This document shows positions 28,922-38,255 of a DNA stretch of 64,000 nt, piece by piece. Source of the DNA: Acidobacteriota bacterium. GTDB taxonomy: Bacteria; Acidobacteriota; UBA6911; RPQK01; JAJDTT01. Position 1 is the stretch's first letter. Each line of letters begins with the position of its first letter. The stretch is taken from assembly GCA_965217775.1 (NCBI GenBank), contig CBDCJH010000002.1:64001-128000 (forward strand), given 5' to 3'. The translations under genes and the position numbers were made by a program. The notes beneath the pieces are model-generated. The model ran no database searches. It was given only the letters and a program-made list of their open reading frames with translations, and had not been told where the DNA came from.

Positions 28922-29443
28922 ATGACCATACGGCAGGCGAGAACTCCCGGGTCCAAGGTTTTCCAGCGACAGAAGATGGCTGAGGAATGTGAACGACTCC
29001 GGGACCAGGGGCGGACCATCGTCTTCACCAACGGCACCTTCGATCTTCTGCACGCCGGACATACGACCTATCTGAACCAGGCCCGGGAGTTGGGAGACGT
29101 GCTGATCGTGGGTCTCAACTCGGACGAGTCGATCCGCTCCATCAAGGGGGACAAGCGGCCCATTATCCGGGAGCCTTACCGGTCCCGGATGCTGGCGGCC
29201 CTGGAGTGCGTGGACTACGTGGTGCTCTTCGACGAGGATGAGCCCCGGGATCTGATCTCCGAATTGCTGCCGGACGTGCTGGTCAAGGCGGAGGACTGGG
29301 CCCACTATGTGAGCGGCCGCGACGTGGTGGAGGCCAACGGAGGCCGCGTGGTCCTGGCGCCCCTGGTGCCGGGCCTTTCCAGCAGCGGGATCATTCGGCG
29401 GATCCGGGAGCTGTTCCAGGACCCGGAAGAGGATTCCCGTTGA
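28922..29443 (+). CDS. rfaE2: D-glycero-beta-D-manno-heptose 1-phosphate adenylyltransferase
   Basis: VFTNGTFDLLHAGH, VGLNSDESIRSIKGDKRP; adjacent to hldD. Confidence 0.85.
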   Translation: MTIRQARTPGSKVFQRQKMAEECERLRDQGRTIVFTNGTFDLLHAGHTTYLNQARELGDVLIVGLNSDESIRSIKGDKRPIIREPYRSRMLAALECVDYVVLFDEDEPRDLISELLPDVLVKAEDWAHYVSGRDVVEANGGRVVLAPLVPGLSSSGIIRRIRELFQDPEEDSR

Positions 29444-29463
29444 GAAACCGAGGTTAGTGCAAC

Positions 29464-30450
29464 GTGCCGGTCCAATACATCGTCACCGGCGGCGCCGGCT
29501 TCATCGGCCGCAACCTGGTGGCCGCCCTCAACGCCCGGGGACACGAGGACATCCTGATCGTGGACCGTCTGGGCTCGGACCAGAAGTGGAAGAACCTGCT
29601 GGGCCTCTCCTTCATCGACCTCGTGGACCTGGAAGAATTCCGGAACTTCATCGCAGACTCCTCCATCGACGAGCTGGAGACGGTCTTCCACCTGGGAGCC
29701 TGCAGCTCCACCACGGAACGGGACGCCGACTACCTGCTGGACAACAACTACCGCTATTCCCAGGAAATCTGCCAGTGGTGCCTTTCCAGCGACGTGCGCT
29801 TCATCTACGCTTCCAGCGCGGCCACCTATGGGGACGGATCTCTGGGCTACTCGGACGAGGAGAGCCGGATTTCCCTCTACCGGCCCTTGAACATGTATGG
29901 CTACTCCAAGCAGTTGTTCGACCTCTGGGCTAGCAAGGAGGGGTTGTTCGACCGGATCGTGGGGCTCAAGTACTTCAACGTCTTCGGCCCCTACGAAGAT
30001 CACAAGGGCGAGATGAGATCCATGGTGCACAAGGCCTACGGCCAGATCTTCTCCACCGGAAAGGTGCGGCTCTTCAAGTCGCATCGGGACGAATACGAAG
30101 ACGGGGAGCAGTTGCGCGACTTCGTCTACGTGAAGGACGCGGTGGACGTAACCCTCTATTTCGAGGACCATTCCCGGGTTTCGGGGCTCTACAACTGCGG
30201 CACCGGACGGGCTCGGAGTTGGAACGAACTGGTGGGCTCCCTCTTCGTTGCCATGGGACGACGGCCGGAGATCGCATACATCGACATGCCCGAGTCCTTG
30301 CGCAACCAGTACCAGTACTTCACCCAGGCGGACGGGGCCAAGCTCCGGACCGCCGGATACGATCGCCCCTTCACGACCTTGGAAGAGGGGGTGCGAGACT
30401 ATGTGACGACCTACCTGGAGCCGGTCCTGGGCGGGGCCGCTCCAGGGTAG
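29464..30450 (+). CDS. rfaD: ADP-L-glycero-D-manno-heptose 6-epimerase
   Basis: TGGAGFIG, HLGACSSTTE, YASSAATYG, YGYSK, YFNVFGP, YQYFTQAD. Confidence 0.95.
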   Translation: MPVQYIVTGGAGFIGRNLVAALNARGHEDILIVDRLGSDQKWKNLLGLSFIDLVDLEEFRNFIADSSIDELETVFHLGACSSTTERDADYLLDNNYRYSQEICQWCLSSDVRFIYASSAATYGDGSLGYSDEESRISLYRPLNMYGYSKQLFDLWASKEGLFDRIVGLKYFNVFGPYEDHKGEMRSMVHKAYGQIFSTGKVRLFKSHRDEYEDGEQLRDFVYVKDAVDVTLYFEDHSRVSGLYNCGTGRARSWNELVGSLFVAMGRRPEIAYIDMPESLRNQYQYFTQADGAKLRTAGYDRPFTTLEEGVRDYVTTYLEPVLGGAAPG

Positions 30451-30475
30451 ACCCACCAGCAAGAAAGGAGATCAC

Positions 30476-31339
30476 GTGGCCGAACCTCTTCGCATTCTCT
30501 CCATCGGAGCTCATCCGGCGGACATCTTCGACCAGTGCGGCGGCACCATGGCCCATCACACCGCCCGGGGCGATTGGGTGGGCTGCGTCGTTCTGACCCA
30601 CGGAGCCCGGGTCCACGACAAGATCATCAGCGACTCCATGCACGGCCGGGAGACCGTTCCCGAAGCCTCGGTGTTGAAGGAGATGATCGAGGAACGCTCC
30701 GACGTGAAGGCGCAGGAGGTCCGTCGAGCCTGCGGTCTGTTGGGAGTGGAGGACCTCTACTTCTTCGGGGCCGACGACGCCATCCTGCTGGTGACCGAGG
30801 AGATTGTTCGGCGGTTGGCCCGGTTGTTGCGGGAGCTCCGCCCCAACGTGATACTGACCCACTACCCCAAGGAAGGGGACGGTGTGGCCCAACCCCACGC
30901 CATCACCGGACAGATCGTAATGCACGCCATCCATTTCGCTCACTCGGTAGACCCTGGGGACCGGAATCCGCCGACCAAGGCGGCCCAGGTCTTCTTCTTC
31001 GGGACCGGCGCCGCGGCGGTTCCCAGCGACGTCTGGGCCGCGCGGGTCGGCGTCTACAACGACGTGCTGATCGAGATCACCGACGTGGTGGATAAGAAAC
31101 TGGCGGCTCTGGATTGTCTGGAGAGCCAGGGGTACGGTGGCGCCTATGCCCGGAAACGGATCGAGACCAGCGACGGAGCGTTCGGCGTCGGGGGCCGCGT
31201 CGCCTATGCCGAGGGATTCATCAAGATGAGTTCTGAGGTCCACGACTTTCTTCCGGTGACCAGCCGAGCCTTGCGGCTGGCAAAGGAGTCGGATCATGAG
31301 ATGATGCGGCGCCACTCCTACCGGGTTCGGGTGGACTGA
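30476..31339 (+). CDS. PIG-L family deacetylase/hydratase
   Basis: GAHPAD metal motif, LTHG, ILTH, later His; C-terminal YAEGF. Confidence 0.8.
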   Translation: MAEPLRILSIGAHPADIFDQCGGTMAHHTARGDWVGCVVLTHGARVHDKIISDSMHGRETVPEASVLKEMIEERSDVKAQEVRRACGLLGVEDLYFFGADDAILLVTEEIVRRLARLLRELRPNVILTHYPKEGDGVAQPHAITGQIVMHAIHFAHSVDPGDRNPPTKAAQVFFFGTGAAAVPSDVWAARVGVYNDVLIEITDVVDKKLAALDCLESQGYGGAYARKRIETSDGAFGVGGRVAYAEGFIKMSSEVHDFLPVTSRALRLAKESDHEMMRRHSYRVRVD

Positions 31340-31353
31340 TACGAAGGAGAATC

Positions 31354-32109
31354 ATGACCTCTCTATCCTTGAAACCACGTGTGCCCGTCTTCGACGCCAA
31401 CGTCAAGGTGGGCAATCACCACAACGAAGTCTCTCCCTGTCCCGATCGGGCCGGCCTGCTGGCGGAGATGGACACCCATGGCGTGAGCCGGGCCGTGATC
31501 TACCATGCCCTGGGTGATCTGACTTCTCCGGTGGACGGAAACCGGGCGCTGGAGGCGTGGCTGGGAGACGACGGCAGGCTGCATCCCCAATGGAGCGCCC
31601 ACCCGTTGCCCCGTTCCCTGGAGCAACTGCAGGCACTGCATGCCCAGGGGCGGGTGACCAGCGTTCGTCTGGCCGGACTGGACATCATCGATTTCCCCTT
31701 CCGCCCCTGGAGTTACGACCCGCTCCTGAGTTGGCTGAGCCGGGAGGGGATTCCCTTGTGGGTTCCTCTGCCGGAGATGGACCCCGACGACATCGTGACC
31801 ACGCTCCAGGCCTATCCCGACCTGGAGACGGTGCTGGTGGGGGCTCACTATCTGCACGCCATGTGGGTTCAGCCCATGATGAAGGCGTTGCCGAGGGCGA
31901 ACTTGGAGCTGAGCCGCTATGAACCCGTCGGCCAGCTCGAGGCGTTGCTGGAGGAGTTCGGGGTGGAGCGTTTCGTCTACGGATCGTGGTATTGGCGCCT
32001 GGCCATGGGTCCCATGCTCTTCTACCTGCACCACGTAGGGCTGGACGACAGGGAGCTGGCTCTGGTCTGCGAGGGTAACCTGCTGAGAATTCTGGGAGTG
32101 GAATCATGA
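31354..32109 (+). CDS. Amidohydrolase-2 fold protein with degenerate metal site
   Basis: FDANVKVG replaces DxHxH; ERFVYGS C-terminal motif; ATGA-coupled to the next gene. Confidence 0.7.
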   Translation: MTSLSLKPRVPVFDANVKVGNHHNEVSPCPDRAGLLAEMDTHGVSRAVIYHALGDLTSPVDGNRALEAWLGDDGRLHPQWSAHPLPRSLEQLQALHAQGRVTSVRLAGLDIIDFPFRPWSYDPLLSWLSREGIPLWVPLPEMDPDDIVTTLQAYPDLETVLVGAHYLHAMWVQPMMKALPRANLELSRYEPVGQLEALLEEFGVERFVYGSWYWRLAMGPMLFYLHHVGLDDRELALVCEGNLLRILGVES

Positions 32110-32858
32110 TCGACGGCGTGCGAGTGATCGATTTTCATGGACATGTGGGGGCCAACGACATCATGGGGATGGTGGATGATCCCGACCTGATGCTGCACGC
32201 CATGGATGCCGGCGGCATCGATGTCTCCTGTCTGTTCAACATCTACTATCCGGATGGAACGACGGGCAACGACATGACGGCCCGGTTCGTGGCCCGGCAT
32301 CCCGACCGCTTCGTGGGCTTCGCCTACGTCTGTCCCCTGATGCCGGCCGACAGCATGGTGGCCGAGCTGGAGCGGGCCATCGACACCCTGGGGCTGGTCG
32401 CCATCAAGCTCTATCCCTCCTTCGTCCCCTGGTCCCTGGAACATCCCGTCTGGGACCCCATCTACGAATTCGCCAACGAGCGGGAGTTGGCCCTCATCCA
32501 TCACACCGGAACCGAGTGGCAGGCCTATCCCAAGTTCCTGGCCGACGTGGCGCCCCGTTTCCCCAAGGTCAAATTCGTCTCGGGGCACTCGGGGAACACG
32601 CCGGTGGAACGGGCGCAGGCCATCGCCGCGGCCCAGGCCAACGAGAACGTCTACCTGGAGACCTGCTCCACTTTCCGGACTCCGGGAGTCATCGAGCAAC
32701 TGGTGGAGGAGGGCGGGGCCGACCGGGTGCTCTTCGGCTCGGACACCCCCCTCATGGACCCTCGCCCGCAACTGGGGAAGATCATCACGGCCCAGATCTC
32801 CGACGAGGCCAAACGTCTGGCCCTGGGCGGAAACGCCGCCCGGATCCTGGGGATCTGA
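32106..32858 (+). CDS. Amidohydrolase-2 family protein
   Basis: IDFHGH, IKLYP, IHH, GHSG, LFGSDTP. Confidence 0.9.
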   Translation: MIDGVRVIDFHGHVGANDIMGMVDDPDLMLHAMDAGGIDVSCLFNIYYPDGTTGNDMTARFVARHPDRFVGFAYVCPLMPADSMVAELERAIDTLGLVAIKLYPSFVPWSLEHPVWDPIYEFANERELALIHHTGTEWQAYPKFLADVAPRFPKVKFVSGHSGNTPVERAQAIAAAQANENVYLETCSTFRTPGVIEQLVEEGGADRVLFGSDTPLMDPRPQLGKIITAQISDEAKRLALGGNAARILGI

Positions 32859-32924
32859 GGTCCGTCCGGCCGCAGTCGGCGCGGCCGCAAACTGCTAGGC
32901 CGGGAACCCGTTGGAGACGATGAT

Positions 32925-34208
32925 TTGGAGGAGGACCGCAGATCCTGGGAAATCGGTGCCGGAGACGCCGCGTTGGCGACGCCGGCCATGGACCGGTACA
33001 ACGGCCGGATCCTCATTCTTAAGTCGTTCCTGATCTATTTCGCCGCGCCCGTCGTCTACATCGGCATTGTCCAGGCGGCCCTGTGCGACCGCCTCGGCGC
33101 CGGCGCCACGGTGGCCAACCTGCCCGCCTCCGCCTATCTCCTGGGATCGGTGGCCCCCCTGGTTCTCTCCTGGCTCATTCCCCATCGGTGGACCCGCCCC
33201 ACGCTGGTGGTCGCCTACCTGGTGACCATGTCCGCCTTCCTGATGGTTCTGGCCACGCTGATTCTCCCCGTCTCCAATACGGTGCGGTTGTGGGCCGTGG
33301 TGGGCCAGGGTTTGATTCAGGGCGTTTCGGCATCGGTGGCCCACGTCTACGGTTTCCAATGCCTGAAGCGCGGCACGACCCCCAAGGGCCGGGCCAGGGC
33401 GTTGAAGTGGGCCTACGCGGTGTCGCCGCTGGCTGGTGTGGCGGGCTCCCTCTGGGCTCAGTTCGTCCTGGGAGGAGGCATCGCGGGGCTTGCCTTCCCC
33501 TATGACTTCGGCCTCCTCTACCTGACAGGAGTGCCGTGTATGGTGGCCATCTCTGTCTTGTCCAGTCGCTATCGCCTGCTGGACATCCATGAGGACAAGC
33601 CGCCCAACCTGCTTCCCTACCTCTGGCGGAGTCTCCGTTCCTTCTGGACCCTCCGGATTCTGCTCCTAGTCTGGCTAGCGTATTTCTTCTGGTATCTGAC
33701 CATCAACACCATGCCCAACCTGTCGCTCTACTCCCGGGAGGCATTGGGGCGGGAGCCCCAGGAACTCTCGGGCTGGATGATGGCCCTGCGCTTCGGATTC
33801 AAATGCGTGGGGGGATTCCTGCTGGGGGTGATCGCCATCCGATGGGGCATGCGAGCCCCGCTTTTGACCTGTGCCGGTCTCGTGGCCGCCGCCGTCCTCT
33901 GGGCCTGGTTCATCCCCGGGCACCTGTACCTGCTGGCCTTCGGCATCATGGGAGCCGGAGAGTTGGGAGGCGTCTACTTTCCCAACTACGTCATCAGCGT
34001 CTCTTCGGCCGGCGACTCCACCCGCAATCTGGCCATCCTCTCGCTGGTGACCCCGGTGAGCAGCCTGGGACCGGCGCTGCACGGCGGCCTCGCCGACACG
34101 CTCGGTTTCCCGGCCAGCTTCCTCTTCGGCGTGACGACGGCACTGATATCCTTGACCCTGATCCTGAGGCTCTCGCCCCAATCGTCCCCGGTCCGCCCCG
34201 GACCATGA
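32925..34208 (+). CDS. MFS transporter
   Basis: About 12 hydrophobic segments in a 6+6 arrangement; 427 aa. Confidence 0.8.
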   Translation: MEEDRRSWEIGAGDAALATPAMDRYNGRILILKSFLIYFAAPVVYIGIVQAALCDRLGAGATVANLPASAYLLGSVAPLVLSWLIPHRWTRPTLVVAYLVTMSAFLMVLATLILPVSNTVRLWAVVGQGLIQGVSASVAHVYGFQCLKRGTTPKGRARALKWAYAVSPLAGVAGSLWAQFVLGGGIAGLAFPYDFGLLYLTGVPCMVAISVLSSRYRLLDIHEDKPPNLLPYLWRSLRSFWTLRILLLVWLAYFFWYLTINTMPNLSLYSREALGREPQELSGWMMALRFGFKCVGGFLLGVIAIRWGMRAPLLTCAGLVAAAVLWAWFIPGHLYLLAFGIMGAGELGGVYFPNYVISVSSAGDSTRNLAILSLVTPVSSLGPALHGGLADTLGFPASFLFGVTTALISLTLILRLSPQSSPVRPGP

Positions 34209-34271
34209 GAGTAATGGGTGCCGGGAGTTCCTAATTCCAAAAATCTTGTGCAAATGGACGAAGAATTTTCG

Positions 34272-34289
34272 GTAGGGGCGCCTCTTGTG
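34272..34289 (+). repeat. GTAG-type REP half-site abutting the IS481 left end
   Basis: GTAGGGGCGCCTCTTGTG. Confidence 0.65.
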
Positions 34290-34380
34290 TGTACGGTATC
34301 AGGACATCGTTTACAGTTTGTATCAGGACATCCTTTACACATCAGGGTGAGAAGTAGCCTTCTTTGGGTAGGAGGTGAAG

Positions 34381-35532
34381 ATGCCCTGGAAAGTGACGAA
34401 TGTGATGGATCAGAAGATCCGTTTCGTACTTCGGGCCGTGCAGCCTGGGGCCAACATGAGCGCCCTGTGTCGGGAGTTTCAGATCAGTCGGCCGACAGGT
34501 TACAAGTGGCTGAAGAGGTATCGGGAAGCCCACAGCGTGACCGGACTGGAGGAGCGCTCCCGGCGGCCCCGGCACAGTCCGGCGAGAACGGCGGCGGCGG
34601 TGGAAGCTCGGGTGGTGGAACTGCGGCGGCAATACGGGTGGGGAGGCAAGAAGCTGCAGGTGCTGCTGGAGCGCGAAGGCGTGTCCTTGAGTGTCCCGAC
34701 GGTGAATCGGATTCTGCGGCGGCAGGGCGAGTTGGGGGAATACCAGGCGCAACGGCCGGCACCGCAACGATTCGAACGATCCCAGCCCAACGAGTTGTGG
34801 CAAATGGACTTCAAGGGGCCGTTTCAGGGCCCCGAAGGGCCGTGTCATCCGCTCTCGATCCTGGACGACTGCTCGCGGTATTCGGTGGGGTTGTATGGTT
34901 TGCCGACCACGCAAATGGATCCGGTGCAAACCTGTCTACGAAGGACCTTTGAGGGCTACGGAGTGCCGGAGGCCATGCTGATGGACCATGGGGCCCCTTG
35001 GTGGAGTACCAGCAATGGATGGGGGCTGACGCGATTGAGCGTGGAATTGATCAAGCAAGGGATCGACCTGATCTACGGGCGAGTCCGGCACCCGCAGACG
35101 CAGGGGAAGGTGGAACGATTTCATCGCACTTTGAGCGACTCGGTGGCGCACCGGGGGCGACCGCAACGGTGGCAGGAGTGGGAGCGATTTCTGCAGGACT
35201 TTCGCCAGGAATACAATCAGGTTCGACCCCATGAGTCGCTGCGGATGGAGGTCCCGGCCCAACACTACCGTCGCAGTACGCGTGGCTACGATCGGGACCC
35301 GGCTCCCTGGGAGTATCCCCGGGGGCTGCAGGTGAAACGGCTCAATCGCCGGGGGTGTTTGAGCGCGGGCGGGGACCGTTACTTTGTGTGTGAGTCCTTG
35401 GCGGAGGAGTGGGTGGGCGTGGAAGAGTTGGAAGACAAGCTGCTGGTCCGCTACCGGCACCTGTACATCCGTGAAGTCCACTTGCAGACCCGGCAGACGC
35501 GAGCTCTGGTCTGGCGGGTGGGGCAGGACTGA
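34381..35532 (+). CDS. IS481-family transposase
   Basis: MPWK start with AGGAGG RBS; ISRPTGYKWL HTH; WQMDFKG, LDDCSR, LMDHG and QGKVERFH DDE motifs. Confidence 0.95.
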   Translation: MPWKVTNVMDQKIRFVLRAVQPGANMSALCREFQISRPTGYKWLKRYREAHSVTGLEERSRRPRHSPARTAAAVEARVVELRRQYGWGGKKLQVLLEREGVSLSVPTVNRILRRQGELGEYQAQRPAPQRFERSQPNELWQMDFKGPFQGPEGPCHPLSILDDCSRYSVGLYGLPTTQMDPVQTCLRRTFEGYGVPEAMLMDHGAPWWSTSNGWGLTRLSVELIKQGIDLIYGRVRHPQTQGKVERFHRTLSDSVAHRGRPQRWQEWERFLQDFRQEYNQVRPHESLRMEVPAQHYRRSTRGYDRDPAPWEYPRGLQVKRLNRRGCLSAGGDRYFVCESLAEEWVGVEELEDKLLVRYRHLYIREVHLQTRQTRALVWRVGQD

Positions 35533-35700
35533 AGGGTGTGGGCGGCGCGGGAGGAGGGCACCGAAGTGGCCGTCGAGAACGGTCCCCTTCCGGTTCCTGG
35601 CGAGGCCGTTCGGGGGGGGAGCCACAAGGAGGGGTTCGAGAGATTCGCCGAGGGGCCGGGATGGGGCTGCGGAGCGTCTGGAGGACCCGCAGGAGACGCC

Positions 35701-35817
35701 CGGTTGGGGAGCGACGAGAGGGGGCTGGTGCGAGACGATCGGGGACGGGGGAGGCGCCAGGCCGCGATCGCATGGCCGTGGGGAGTCCGCCGCCGGCCGG
35801 TCGGTCACTGGATCAAG
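35701..35817 (+). pseudogene. Decayed IS21 istA N-terminal fragment
   Basis: QAAIAWPWGVRRRPVGHWIK resembles the IstA HTH (AAIARRLGVSRRTVYHWI); AGGAG upstream. Confidence 0.5.
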
Positions 35818-35941
35818 CCGCCTGGGGGTCACCCGCCCGGTGTGGCCGCAGCGGATTTCCGGTTGCCGTGGGGCCAGCCGTCGGTGCTCATGGAGGTGAT
35901 GGGGGACCTGAATGTCAATGGCCACTGAACATTGCACACAT

Positions 35942-35993
35942 CGCTGGAGACCCCGTGGCGGTCGCGGCCGCGACCGCCACGGGGTCTCCAGCG
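35942..35993. repeat. Perfect 52-bp palindrome (no loop)
   Basis: CGCTGGAGACCCCGTGGCGGTCGCGG|CCGCGACCGCCACGGGGTCTCCAGCG. Confidence 0.95.
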
Positions 35994-36250
35994 GCCGGAT
36001 CTGGTCCCTTCATGCCTCCCTCCTTTCGGCTCCGGATTCCTGTGCGCCGACCGCTCGGGCGGCGGTCGGATGGATCGCCCTGGAGAGCTCGGCGTGGCGG
36101 AGCGGCCGGGGGGCCGGTTCGAACGGGAGCGGGAATGGCGAACTGCTGGGGCATCTTGGCCGGACTCAGGTTCGTTTCACTGCCGGAGCCGAGGGCGTTC
36201 CCGTCACCGGCGACGAAGCGGCCGAGGAGGGTGGACGCGAAACGCCGTCC

Positions 36251-36376
36251 CCGGACTTCGACTTCAGCCTCCAGCGATCGATTCAGCGGGAGCCGATCGA
36301 CTCGCTCGACGAGCTGGGCTTCGTGGAGCGAAGGGAGAACCTCGTCTTGCGGGGTCCGCCCGGGGTGGGCCCAACG
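36251..36376 (+). pseudogene. Decayed IS21 istB fragment
   Basis: DFDFSLQRSIQREPIDSLDELGFVERRENLVLRGPPGVGPT; Walker A lysine replaced by proline. Confidence 0.8.
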
Positions 36377-36457
36377 TCTCGAGCCCTCCGCGGGGCCAAC
36401 GTCCAAGACCCGGATCCGTCCGGCACCCCTGGAGGGGGAGGAGATCGGCACCCTTAG

Positions 36458-36571
36458 GGTCCGCCCGAGCGGCGCGGTTCGGTTGGTCCAACGGGGGAAC
36501 CGGCGTGACGAGCCGACCTCGACGGAGTTGACCTGGAACCCGGCTCTTGAGCCCTGGGGCCAGATCCTGGG
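36458..36571 (+). repeat. 114-bp direct repeat, copy A
   Basis: Near-identical to 37127-37240 (GGTCCGCCCGAGC...CCAGATCCTGGG). Confidence 0.9.
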
Positions 36572-36920
36572 AGAGCAGGTGATGGCGGTGCTGGTGAACC
36601 GGGTTCGGCCCTGCGGCCACAGCGACCGGCGGCGCCGTGCCGCCGAGCTCTCCAAGGGGGCGCCATCCGGGCGCCCTCCGAAGATGGGGTGAAGCTCTCG
36701 CCGTCGGAGCAACCGTGTCCTGAAGGCCGTCCCTTCTCAATGGCCATGGACACGGTCCGCCCAGGGCTGCGGGAGCGGGAAGGAGGGGGGCATGACGGGA
36801 CCCCGGCCGGCTACGGGGTCTCCCGCGATGGATGCCATTTTTGCGGCCGATTGACAGGGCCGGGATTCCGGCCTGTCCCCAGCGTCCGGAACCGTCACGC
36901 CGGCCGTCGGTGCGATTCGG

Positions 36921-36964
36921 AGCGAGCCTGGGGCGCCGGGTGCACCCGGCGCCCCAGGCTCGCT
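36921..36964. repeat. Perfect 44-bp palindrome (no loop)
   Basis: AGCGAGCCTGGGGCGCCGGGTG|CACCCGGCGCCCCAGGCTCGCT. Confidence 0.95.
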
Positions 36965-37126
36965 GTTGCAGACCCCCGCCGGCTCTGTTTTGCATGGACG
37001 TGATCCCGCCCTTGGCTGCAACCGGCAGCCGCCCTGCCTCCCCCTGACCGAAGCGGAATGACCACCGAGACCCACTTGAACCAGATGACCCAACCGTCCA
37101 CCCAAACGCGATCCCTTCAACCTACC

Positions 37127-37240
37127 GGTCCGCCCGAGCGGCGCGGTTCGGTTGGTCCAACGGGGGAACCGGCGTGACGAGCCGACCTCGACGGAGCTGA
37201 CCTGGAACCCGGGTCTTGCGCCCTGGGACCAGATCCTGGG
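37127..37240 (+). repeat. 114-bp direct repeat, copy B
   Basis: Near-identical to 36458-36571. Confidence 0.9.
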
Positions 37241-37511
37241 GGGTGGTGGCGGCCCTTCTGGACCGAGACTTGTCCTGCGGCCACAGCGACCGGCGACGCC
37301 GCCCCGCGGAACGCTCCAGGACGATCCATCCGACGACCGCGCGAGCGGTTCGCCCAGAGGACTCCGGACCGAGAAGGCGGGGCTCCTGCGATGTATGCAG
37401 TTCTCGATGGCCCGAAGTGTGCAATTTTCGATGGTCATTGACACAACGGCCATGGACCAGCTGTAAAGGATGTCCTGATACAACTTGTAAAGGATGTCTT
37501 GATACCAAACA

Positions 37512-37529
37512 CACAAGGGTCGCCCCTAC
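37512..37529 (-). repeat. GTAG-type REP half-site abutting the IS481 right end
   Basis: Reverse complement GTAGGGGCGACCCTTGTG. Confidence 0.65.
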
Positions 37530-37723
37530 GAGAACTTCTCCCATTTTCGGTAAATTCGGCCGATTCCACTTGTCGAATCTTCTGACTCTCCTGCTTTCAA
37601 CCACTTGCGGAGATTTGACCTGATATTTTGGGGGAACTCCTGTCGGGCGGGCCGGTGCTTGAGTGCAGGCTACGGACGGAACTATGCTCTGGTTGATAGG
37701 AAAAAGACCGGAAAGGAGACCTT

Positions 37724-38179
37724 ATGGCGATCTGGCGGAGAGACCGCGACGTGGTCCGGGACGAGGATGAACGTTCGGAGAAAGCCACTCCCACCTCCGA
37801 TGAAGAGTGGAAACAGACCCTAACGGCGGAGCAGTACTACGTCTGCAGGGTGAAGGGGACCGAGCCCCCATTTTCCGGCAAGTACTACGCCAACAAGGCC
37901 GACGGCTCCTATCTTTGCGTGGCCTGCGGGAGCGAGCTCTTCAGCTCGGACACCAAGTTCGATTCGGGGACCGGTTGGCCCAGCTTTTGGGCTCCCGTCG
38001 AGAAAGAGCGGGTCGCCATGGAGACGGACGACAGCTACGGGATGAGGAGAGTCGAGGTGCTGTGCCGCGGTTGTGGGTCTCACCTGGGACACGTCTTCGA
38101 TGACGGCCCCCGTCCCACCGGCCTTCGCTTCTGTATCAATTCGGCGGCCCTGGACTTCAAGGAAAAACCAGGCAAATAA
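37724..38179 (+). CDS. msrB: Peptide-methionine (R)-S-oxide reductase
   Basis: [43 protein letters not shown]; AAGGAG RBS. Confidence 0.95.
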   Translation: MAIWRRDRDVVRDEDERSEKATPTSDEEWKQTLTAEQYYVCRVKGTEPPFSGKYYANKADGSYLCVACGSELFSSDTKFDSGTGWPSFWAPVEKERVAMETDDSYGMRRVEVLCRGCGSHLGHVFDDGPRPTGLRFCINSAALDFKEKPGK

Positions 38180-38255
38180 CCGGGCCTTCCAGCTTTCCCT
38201 CCCGCGGCGCCGGGTCTTCCCGTGTTTTTTGATCCCGCGACGTTTTATACGAGGG

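Larger units (their letters stand above)
35913..37443. mobile_element. Nested non-autonomous IS21-derived element/mosaic
   Basis: IS21-type ends TGTCAATGGCCACTGAACATTGCACAC (35913) and GTGTGCAATTTTCGATGGTCATTGACA (ending 37443); further end-like copies near 36734-36750 and 36840-36855. Confidence 0.65.
34290..37511 (+). mobile_element. IS481-family element with ~2 kb of decayed cargo
   Basis: TGT...ACA termini with ~50-bp inverted repeats, each holding two GTATCA(G/A)GACATC(G/C)TTTACA units (34290-34339 and 37462-37511). Confidence 0.85.

Noticed and set aside
34290-34339. Tandem ~25-bp repeats GTATCAGGACATC(C/G)TTTACA as CRISPR or iterons
   Set aside because: Only two units, no spacers, and mirrored at 37462-37511. 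They are IS481 end repeats. No cas genes are present.
35533-37623. Many overlapping ORFs in the IS cargo (for example 35538-36692, 384 aa)
   Set aside because: Arg/Gly/Pro-rich translations of decayed GC-rich IS21 debris and palindromes.
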